Shown here in pieces: positions 26,936 through 33,569 of a stretch of DNA of 64,000 bases (position 1 is the stretch's first letter; each line of letters starts with the position of its first letter). A program made the translations under genes and the position numbers. The stretch is from an uncultured Gemmatimonadales bacterium (GTDB lineage Bacteria; Gemmatimonadota; Gemmatimonadetes; Gemmatimonadales; GWC2-71-9): contig CAWGDK010000005.1 of assembly GCA_963821385.1 (NCBI GenBank), forward strand, positions 31,538 through 95,537, in the 5' to 3' direction. The notes below the pieces were generated by a model. The model ran no database searches, was not told the origin of the DNA, and worked only from the letters and a program-made list of their open reading frames with translations.

Positions 26936-28454
26936 CTATCGCTCGTAGGCGCCCAGGTCGGCTCCCTGCCCCCGCGCGCGGCAGAGGCCGTCGATATCGA
27001 ACGGCGCCGCGTACGTCGCATCGGCCTGATCGATAGCGGGGCTTCCGGCCTTCAGATGCAGGTCGTTGGCGTAGGCCTGATGCGTGGTCGACGGGGTGGA
27101 GGCTGTCGGGTTGACCAGGAACGGATCGGCCACGACGTTGCCGACGATGGTGGCATTGGTGTTCCAGTGACTGGTCCCGTCGTTGCCGTTGTTCCAGAAC
27201 ATGTTGTGGATCTCGACATTGCTGCTGCCGCCACTGGATCCGCCGGTATTGATCCCCACCCCGTCGTTCACGTTGCCATTATTGACGACGATGTTGTTCG
27301 CGAACACCCAATCGTGCGTGCTTTCGGCGATGTCCATGCCGGACCGGCCGTTGCCGACGACCGTATTGTTGACGACGAGGATGTGATTCGCACTGAACCG
27401 CGCCGAGAGACCTTTGGCGCGATTGTGCTCCAGCACGTTGTTCGCCACGACCCCTCGGGTCCCGTCGTGATAGTAGATCCCGTGCGATGTGTTTTCCTGA
27501 CTGGGGTCGTTGAACCCGCCGTTGTCGTGGATGTAGTTGCCCAGAATCCAGATGTCGTCCCCCCCGGCCGCGATCCCGGCATGCCAGCCGCCGTGAAACA
27601 CTTCCGAGTTCGATACTTCGATATGGTGGCTGGCCCCCGGATCCATCTGGACCAGGTTTTCTCCCTGCCGGGAGGACGCCCCCCATGGACCACAGCTCGG
27701 GCCCTCGACCACGACACTCGATAGCCGGAAATACGATCCGGACAGTCGAATCTGCCCGTGCAACACGGCGCGTTCCCCGGCATACCCCTGTACCGTGATC
27801 GGCGCCGCGGGCGCTCCCGCCCGTTTGAATGTCGACGCCGTACAAAAGGCGCCGTACGTCCCAGCCCGCAGATACGCGATCTGCCCCGGTTGGAGCGCAT
27901 CGAAGGCCTTCTGCAGTGTCTTCCATGGCGCCTGAAGCGTACCCGGATTGGCATCCGACCCCGCGGTGGCGGAGACGTAAAACGCCGTCCCCGTGGACAA
28001 CGGCATCCGTGGGTAGATCGCACTCGGCCACGGATTGGGGCACCCGGTGGCGGGCGGCGGCGGCGGCGGCGGGGGGGGGCGGCGGGGGCGGCGGTGTCGA
28101 CCCCGTCACCTGCACCGCCGCGGACGCGGATTGATTCTCACAGGTCGCGGTGATTGTGACCGTGCCTCCGGCCATGCCATAGACCAGACCACTGGCATCG
28201 ACGGTGGCCACATTGGGATCGCTGCTGGCCCACGTCACGACGCGGTTCTCCAGCGGCGCGCCGCTCGAGTCCTGGGGGGTGGCGTGCAGCTGCACGCTTT
28301 CGCCCGCCGTCACGGTCGCATCGGCCGGTGTCACGGCGACCGTCGCGACCGGCGGACCCGCAGGCCCCGCCGTGCGATCGAGCACACAGGCAGGCATCAA
28401 CAGACACAAGGCAAGCAGGGTCACAACAACGGTGTGTTGGCGATGCTGAAGCAT
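26936..28454 (-). pseudogene. Big_2 - polyPro - beta-helix lipoprotein (paralog 3), reading frame broken by +1 nt in a C9 run
   Basis: ORF from 28454 gives signal LALCLLMPAC plus a Big_2 domain plus STPPPPPPPP, then nonsense. The beta-helix frame (ORF 26936..28006) is open upstream through PPPPPPPPPATGCPNPW to the same run (28071-28079). The span is 1519 nt = 3n+1. SD GGGAGG lies 7 nt upstream of ATG 28454. Confidence 0.7.
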
Positions 28455-28564
28455 AAACGACCTCCCGCGTCGGCGTGAGCGGCGGTGTGGTGGATGGCCG
28501 ACTTACGGCGGAAGGAAGGCGGACCACGCGGAGCGACCGGCCGCCTCGTCCGACCGAAGTCGAA

Positions 28565-28654
28565 TCGCTGGCGGCCCGGCTGGCCTGGCGGAGACATCCG
28601 CGGTAGCCCCGTGACTCTGCGTCACCGCCTTTCGACGGCTTTGCTCTGAGCAGC
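28565..28654 (-). promoter_or_regulatory. GEMM-I class cyclic-dinucleotide riboswitch aptamer (copy A)
   Basis: Minus strand reads CGCUG-CUCAGA-GCAAA-GCCGUC-GAAA-GGCGGU-GACGCAGAG-...hairpin...-AGCCGGGCCGCC-AGCG. It matches the GCAAA / GNRA hairpin / GACGCAAAGC / AGCCGGGCUGCC blocks of c-di-GMP-I. Covariation is seen against copies B and C. Confidence 0.75.
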
Positions 28655-28673
28655 GTCCTGCTGTGGCAGCTGC

Positions 28674-28712
28674 TCCCACGGCGCGATGCCGCTGCGGCAT
28701 CGCGCCCGTGGG
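28674..28712 (-). terminator. strong GC hairpin immediately after the Big_2-metallophosphoesterase stop
   Basis: CCCACGGGCGCGAUGCC-GCAGC-GGCAUCGCGCCGUGGG on the minus strand (about 16 bp with one bulge). It starts 16 nt after the stop at 28728. No U-tract. Confidence 0.45.
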
Positions 28713-28727
28713 GCAGATTCGTCGTGC

Positions 28728-30146
28728 CTAGTGGCACGTTCCGCTGCCGGTGTCCGTGAACGACTGGCCGGCAACGGGGACAAACTCCCAGGCATAGGTG
28801 CCCGGCCCGAGCGTGAACTTCAGGACCCCAAACGTGGTCCCGTTGAACACCTCACTGTTGGCCAAGGGCGTTCCCTGCCCGTAGTGGCTCTCCCCGCCCG
28901 TTCCGGCAATGAATTCGCGGATCCCGTTGACCGGGTCCGCGTCGCCGCTCGGCGTCTGGAGAGCGAACCGCTCGTAGTTATGCTCGTGACCAGCGAGAAC
29001 GATTTCGGCGTGGAAGTCGTACAGCGCCTGCCACAACGGTTGGGCCGAGCTCAGGCTGCCGTGGTGGCTGCCGCTCGAGAAGCGGGGTTTGTGCCAGTAC
29101 GCCAGCGTGCAGGTTTTGGACGACGCGGCGAGGTCTGCGCGCAGCCACGTCTCCTGCGCCGATCCAGCGCTCATCGACGTTTCGCTATTCAGCGAAACGA
29201 TGTGCCAGTCCCCTAGGTCGTAGCTGTAGTAGCCGCGCCCTGATGGTCCAGCGAGATCGCCGAAGTATCCGTAGTAGCCGGCCGCGCCACTGGTGTTGTA
29301 GTCGTGATTTCCCGGGGCCGGCCGCGTGCGCGTCTTGTGTCGTCCCCAGGTGGGATCGTAGCACTGGGAGAACTGCGAAGCGGTACCGCTGGAGTACACG
29401 TTGTCGCCCAGCGTGTAGACTGTTCCCGGAATGCCGTCGAGCAGCGCCGCGGTGGCCTCATCGTTGTCGTTGCCACAGTCGGAAATGTCTCCGGCGCCCG
29501 CGAAGACGATGCCGCCCGCCGTGCTCATCACAGTCACGCTCGCCGTGTCGGCCAGGGTGCCGCCGGCCTCGAGCGCGATGACGCGGTACGTTCCGGCAGC
29601 GGATCCGGCGGTGTAGAGACCCGTGGCCGTGATCGACCCGCCCGTCGCGTCATAGCTCACCACCGCTGCCACGGAATCACCGTTACTCATCCGGCCGTAC
29701 ACGGCGAACTGTTGCGTGCCGGCGATTGAGACTGTCACGGCTGCCGGCACGAGCACCACCTGCGCGAGAACGGCGGGTCCACTCACCGTGACCGTGACGT
29801 CCGCGGTATCGGCCAGCGTCCCACCCACCTGCGTAGCGATCACTTGATAGGTGCCGGCGACTCCGCCCGCGATGTAGCGGCCATCGGCGTCGATGGTCCC
29901 ACCAGTGGCGCTCCACGCGACGGTCACGGGCTGGGTATCGCCTTGCGCCGTGCGCGCGGCGGCCTCGAACTGCAACGATTGGCCGGCGGGGACATTCGTG
30001 GTTTCGGGTGTGATGACGATTTCCTCGACATCGGTAGGACCGCTGGGTGGTCTGGAGCGCTCGCAGGCGGTCGAGATGGCGATCAGGACGACGAGCGGGT
30101 GCGCGAGCCATGTGCGCCCTCGCGTCCCAGTGCGTAGATGGTGCAT
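28728..30146 (-). CDS. lipoprotein: three Big_2-like modules plus C-terminal metallophosphoesterase (short paralog of the giants)
   Basis: Lipobox LIAISTAC. C-terminal motifs GAGDISDC, LGDNVYSSG, GNHDY, SLNSE, GHEHNYE and a C-terminal SGTCH as in the giants. SD AAGGAGG lies 6 nt upstream of ATG 30146. Confidence 0.85.
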   Translation of the reverse strand: MHHLRTGTRGRTWLAHPLVVLIAISTACERSRPPSGPTDVEEIVITPETTNVPAGQSLQFEAAARTAQGDTQPVTVAWSATGGTIDADGRYIAGGVAGTYQVIATQVGGTLADTADVTVTVSGPAVLAQVVLVPAAVTVSIAGTQQFAVYGRMSNGDSVAAVVSYDATGGSITATGLYTAGSAAGTYRVIALEAGGTLADTASVTVMSTAGGIVFAGAGDISDCGNDNDEATAALLDGIPGTVYTLGDNVYSSGTASQFSQCYDPTWGRHKTRTRPAPGNHDYNTSGAAGYYGYFGDLAGPSGRGYYSYDLGDWHIVSLNSETSMSAGSAQETWLRADLAASSKTCTLAYWHKPRFSSGSHHGSLSSAQPLWQALYDFHAEIVLAGHEHNYERFALQTPSGDADPVNGIREFIAGTGGESHYGQGTPLANSEVFNGTTFGVLKFTLGPGTYAWEFVPVAGQSFTDTGSGTCH

Positions 30147-30165
30147 TGGGCACCTCCTTCACGGG

Positions 30166-30217
30166 ACAACAACGCACGGGCCGCCAACGTCGACCCGTGT
30201 CGAAGCGCTGGCGGCCC
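30166..30217 (-). terminator. putative riboswitch-B expression platform (terminator stem using the aptamer 3' strand)
   Basis: Minus strand GGGCCGCC..UCGAC-ACGG-GUCGA..GGCGGCCC followed by GUGCGUUGUUGU. Confidence 0.45.
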
Positions 30218-30297
30218 GGCCGACCTGGCAGGATGGCTCCCGCGGTAGTCCCGTGGCTCTGCGTCACCGCCTTTCGGCGGCTTTGCTCTGAGCAGCG
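30206..30297 (-). promoter_or_regulatory. GEMM-I class cyclic-dinucleotide riboswitch aptamer (copy B, proximal of tandem pair)
   Basis: Same block structure as copy A. The P2 hairpin is GCCGCC-GAAA-GGCGGU. The P3 helices differ from copy A by compensatory changes. Confidence 0.75.
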
Positions 30298-30339
30298 ATC
30301 GAAGCGATGCGAGGCTGAGTTTCGACTGGACGAGGGCTT

Positions 30340-30388
30340 ACAACGAAAGGGCCGCCCCCTTCGACCAAGGTCGAATCGCTGGCGGCCC
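30340..30388 (-). terminator. putative riboswitch-C expression platform (intrinsic terminator using the aptamer 3' strand)
   Basis: Minus strand GGGCCGCC-AGCGAUUCGACCUUGGUCGAAGGG-GGCGGCCC followed by UUUCGUUGU. Confidence 0.5.
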
Positions 30389-30469
30389 GGCGGGCATGGC
30401 GGAGGAGGATTCCGCGGTAGCCCCGTGACTCTGCGTCACCGTCTTTCGACGGCTATGCTCTGAGCAGCG
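30377..30469 (-). promoter_or_regulatory. GEMM-I class cyclic-dinucleotide riboswitch aptamer (copy C, distal of tandem pair)
   Basis: Same block structure. The P2 hairpin is GCCGUC-GAAA-GACGGU (U-A where copy A has U.G and copy B has C-G). Confidence 0.75.
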
Positions 30470-30595
30470 ACATCAGCATCGTGTGGCCCGCGTACACTCG
30501 GCGGCGAACGGAGGTTCCGCGAAATACAGAAGTCGTCGTGGTGCCGCAGAATGGGTGACATGAGTCACGCCAAGCCCGGTAGCATGCCGGACGCG

Positions 30596-31771
30596 CTATG
30601 GCTGAGACACGATCCGATAGAGGTCGCCGCCCAGCGTCGTGATGTACAACGCGCCACGCGCGTCCTCGCCGAAGGAGCTAAGTCCTCCGCTCACCGCTAA
30701 GGCCGGCCAATCAAGTGGATCGGTGGCCTGTCCGCCGCTGAAACGGAATGAGCGCACCCAGCCGCTGCAATAGTCCCCATACAGGTAACGTCCCAGCAGA
30801 TCCGGCACCGTGCTGTCGCGCGACACATATCCGCCCGTCACCGAGCACCCTTCTCCGTGGCTGTATTCCAGGACCGGGAGGGCGAGACCCGGCACGGGGC
30901 AGGACGAAGCCGCGTAGCAGTGCAATCCCTCCATCTCATTCCAACCGTAGTTCCCACCACTGGGCGCGCCGGCCGGCAGCACATCCACTTCCTCCCAGGC
31001 GTTCTGGCCCACATCACCCAGGTAGAAATCCCCCGTCTGTCGGTCGAACGAGAAGCGCCATGGGTTCCGCACGCCGTAGACCCAGATCTCCCCGCGCGCA
31101 CTCGTATCGCCGACAAACGGATTGTTGGACGGAATGGCGTATGGTACCCCGGCATCCACATCCAATCGCAGGATCTTGCCGAGTAGAGCCTTCCGATTCT
31201 GCCCGTTCCCATCCGGGTCCCCGCCTCCGCCACCATCGCCCAAGCCGGCGTACAGCTTGTCATCCGGTCCGAACAACAACAGCCCGCCGTTGTGATTGGA
31301 TTGGGATCGGTGGCCCACGGTGAGCACGGTGTCCCCGGAAGTGGAGTCGGCGATATCCGGGTTCGACGACACGAGATATCGTACGATCCGAAGGTCACCC
31401 GATGGAGTGGTGAAATAGACGTAGAACTGGCCGTTCCCGGCGTAGTCGGGATGAAACGCCAGGCTCAACAACCCGCGTTCGCCCCCCGCGGAAATGTGAC
31501 CGGAAATGTTCAAGAACGGCGTGACCAGCAGCGTATCGTGGTGCAAGACACGGATCCGACCACCCTGCTCCACCACAAACAGGCGCGCTGTGTCCCCCGG
31601 CGGCGTCGTGACGAAAATGGGCGAGCTGAGGCTGCCGGTGACCAAGTGGAGCGCCGGCGTTCCCGGTCCCGGGCCAGGGCCAGGCCCAGGGCCCGGACCA
31701 GGACCCGGGCCCGCGGCCGTCCGCTCGCACGCCAACAAGGCCAGCGCCCACGCCACCCACCGTGCCGTCAT
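30596..31771 (-). CDS. PQQ-dependent soluble sugar (glucose/sorbosone) dehydrogenase, lipoprotein with (PG)8 linker
   Basis: HNGGLLLFGPDDKLY, GDGGGGGDP, LGKILRLD and GVRNPWRFSFD beta-propeller motifs. Confidence 0.85.
   Translation of the reverse strand: MTARWVAWALALLACERTAAGPGPGPGPGPGPGPGPGTPALHLVTGSLSSPIFVTTPPGDTARLFVVEQGGRIRVLHHDTLLVTPFLNISGHISAGGERGLLSLAFHPDYAGNGQFYVYFTTPSGDLRIVRYLVSSNPDIADSTSGDTVLTVGHRSQSNHNGGLLLFGPDDKLYAGLGDGGGGGDPDGNGQNRKALLGKILRLDVDAGVPYAIPSNNPFVGDTSARGEIWVYGVRNPWRFSFDRQTGDFYLGDVGQNAWEEVDVLPAGAPSGGNYGWNEMEGLHCYAASSCPVPGLALPVLEYSHGEGCSVTGGYVSRDSTVPDLLGRYLYGDYCSGWVRSFRFSGGQATDPLDWPALAVSGGLSSFGEDARGALYITTLGGDLYRIVSQP
31662..31712 (-). repeat. imperfect GGNCCN hexanucleotide repeat encoding (Pro-Gly)8
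   Basis: Translates as GPGPGPGPGPGPGPGPG directly after the signal peptide of the dehydrogenase. Confidence 0.8.
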
Positions 31772-31780
31772 CGTGCCTCC

Positions 31781-33127
31781 CTAGCCCGACCCCAATACCA
31801 CATCGATTCCGTCCCGACGCAGCTTACCTATCATCCGAGCTTCGACCCGGGCGGTGACCTCCACCACACCGTCGCTGTGCGTCTCCCGCAGTACTTCCGC
31901 CTCACGGTGCAATTCGGCCAACAAGCGCCCGTCCGCGAGTGGGACGCGCACGCGGACAATCGGCCGCAGGGCCTGCGCCGAGGTCCGCAGGGCCGCCTGC
32001 AGGGCGACGACGCCCGGCGGGCGATCATCGTGCGCGGCACTGGTCAAGACGGCGTGGGGGAATCGCTCGCGCTCGCGAGCCAGGAACACCTCGGGCTCCG
32101 GCAAGAGGTCCGCCTTATTGAAAACATGAATCACGCGCTTCCGCCCGATCTCCTCCAACACCCGCTCCACCACGTCGACCTGCTCTTCCCAGGTCGGGTG
32201 CGCCGCATCGATCACGTGCAGCAGCAGATCGGCGTCCCGGACCTCTTCCAGCGTGGCACGAAACGAGGCCACGAGGTGATGGGGCAGTTTGCGGATGAAC
32301 CCGACCGTATCACTGAGGCGGAACCGGTATCCTTCGCCGACATCGATTTCCCGTGTCACCGTGTCGAGGGTGGCGAACAGCCGATCTTCGATCAACACGT
32401 CGGCGCCGGAGAGTGCCTGCAACAGGCTCGATTTGCCGGCGTTGGTGTACCCGACGAGCACCGCCTGGGGAAGATCGCGACGGCCCTGACGCTGGTTGGC
32501 CCGGTGCTCCGCCACACCCTCGAGCCGGCGTCGCAACACCGAGATCTTGCGGCGGATGACGCGGCGATCGGTCTCGAGCTGGGTTTCCCCGGGGCCGCGC
32601 AATCCGATCCCGCCGCGGATGCGCGACAGGTGGGTCCACATCCGGGTGAGTCGCGGGAGCAGGTACTCGAGCTGGGCCAGTTCCACCTGCATTTTCGCCT
32701 CGGCGCTGCGGGCTCGCGTGGCGAAAATGTCGAGGATGATCTCAGCGCGGTCCATGACGCGGACGCCGGTGGTCTTCTCGAGGTTGACGCCCTGCACCGG
32801 AGAGAGCGGCTCGTCGAACAGGATCAACGTCGCCGCCGCTTCCTGCAGCCGCTCCTGCAATTCGCCGGCCTTCCCCTGCCCGAGATAGAGATTGGGGGTG
32901 GGCGCGTCGATGCGCTGCACCAACCGGCCCACCACATCCGCCCCGGCGGTATCGGCGAGCCGGCCGAGCTCGTTCAGGTGCTCATCGACGCGGGTAGCAT
33001 CGTCGGACCCCTTGCGGGGAGCGCCGACCAGGAATGCCCGCTCCACCGGAAGCTGGATTTCGATCAGCCGGCGAATGGCTGAGCCTCCCGCCGGGTCGTC
33101 AGGGTCGCAAGGCTCGGAGCGGGACAT
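31781..33127 (-). CDS. hflX: GTPase HflX
   Basis: GETQLETDRR, G1 motif VGYTNAGKSSLL, DTVGF, NKAD. Confidence 0.9.
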   Translation of the reverse strand: MSRSEPCDPDDPAGGSAIRRLIEIQLPVERAFLVGAPRKGSDDATRVDEHLNELGRLADTAGADVVGRLVQRIDAPTPNLYLGQGKAGELQERLQEAAATLILFDEPLSPVQGVNLEKTTGVRVMDRAEIILDIFATRARSAEAKMQVELAQLEYLLPRLTRMWTHLSRIRGGIGLRGPGETQLETDRRVIRRKISVLRRRLEGVAEHRANQRQGRRDLPQAVLVGYTNAGKSSLLQALSGADVLIEDRLFATLDTVTREIDVGEGYRFRLSDTVGFIRKLPHHLVASFRATLEEVRDADLLLHVIDAAHPTWEEQVDVVERVLEEIGRKRVIHVFNKADLLPEPEVFLARERERFPHAVLTSAAHDDRPPGVVALQAALRTSAQALRPIVRVRVPLADGRLLAELHREAEVLRETHSDGVVEVTARVEARMIGKLRRDGIDVVLGSG

Positions 33128-33569
33128 CCCCGCTCGTGTGCACGTTCACCCGGCGATCACCGATCGGCGTGCCCAACGTGGCGACCCCCGTCAGGCCGTA
33201 GCCAATCGCCTGGCGGGTCAGGAGACTGCGCGCGCCGGCCCCGAGTCCGGCCCATTCGAATCGGACCGGCACAATCACCAGACTGTGCTGTTGCGCCGGG
33301 AGCTCCACAACGTTCTCCAGCAGCGCATCACCGAAGTGCACTTGCTCGAGATCGAGACCCAATTCCAATCGGATGGTCTGCAGCCGAAAGTCATTGGGGT
33401 TCAGGACATCGAGGGCGAGATCCAGCGTGCCGCCGGTCAGGTCGAGCCCGGTGATCCGGACCTCCTGCAATTGCAGCGTCGGCGCCTCAAAGCGCAGCAC
33501 GTTCTGCAGGGTCGCACACCCGCAGATCAACAGGGCGTAGCCGACGGGACGCGGGAGCCGGCGGCTCAC
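33099..33569 (-). CDS. LEA type-2 / WHy-domain lipoprotein
   Basis: Lipobox LLICGCA. LEA14-like beta-sandwich pattern (LDLALDVLNPNDFRL..). GTGA overlap with the rarA stop. Confidence 0.55.
   Translation of the reverse strand: MSRRLPRPVGYALLICGCATLQNVLRFEAPTLQLQEVRITGLDLTGGTLDLALDVLNPNDFRLQTIRLELGLDLEQVHFGDALLENVVELPAQQHSLVIVPVRFEWAGLGAGARSLLTRQAIGYGLTGVATLGTPIGDRRVNVHTSGDVPLRALRP

Noticed and set aside
28071-28079. Programmed frameshift or phase-variable ON/OFF switch at the C9 tract of the beta-helix lipoprotein.
   Set aside because: Not excluded, but downgraded. The identical defect (one extra base in a G/C run) also breaks ispB and a TPR gene in the same window, which is more parsimoniously a homopolymer insertion artefact.
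28728-30146. The riboswitch-controlled metallophosphoesterase as a cyclic-dinucleotide phosphodiesterase forming a feedback loop.
   Set aside because: The protein has a lipoprotein signal and Ig-like surface modules, so it should act outside the cytoplasm, away from the riboswitch ligand pool. This is kept only as a remote possibility.
30206-30469. The repeated ~90-nt elements as a CRISPR array or MITE-like mobile repeat.
   Set aside because: The repeats are far longer than CRISPR repeats, with only 2-3 copies and no regular spacers or cas genes. They have no terminal inverted repeats or target duplications. The differences between copies are compensatory within helices, which fits a structured cis-regulatory RNA.
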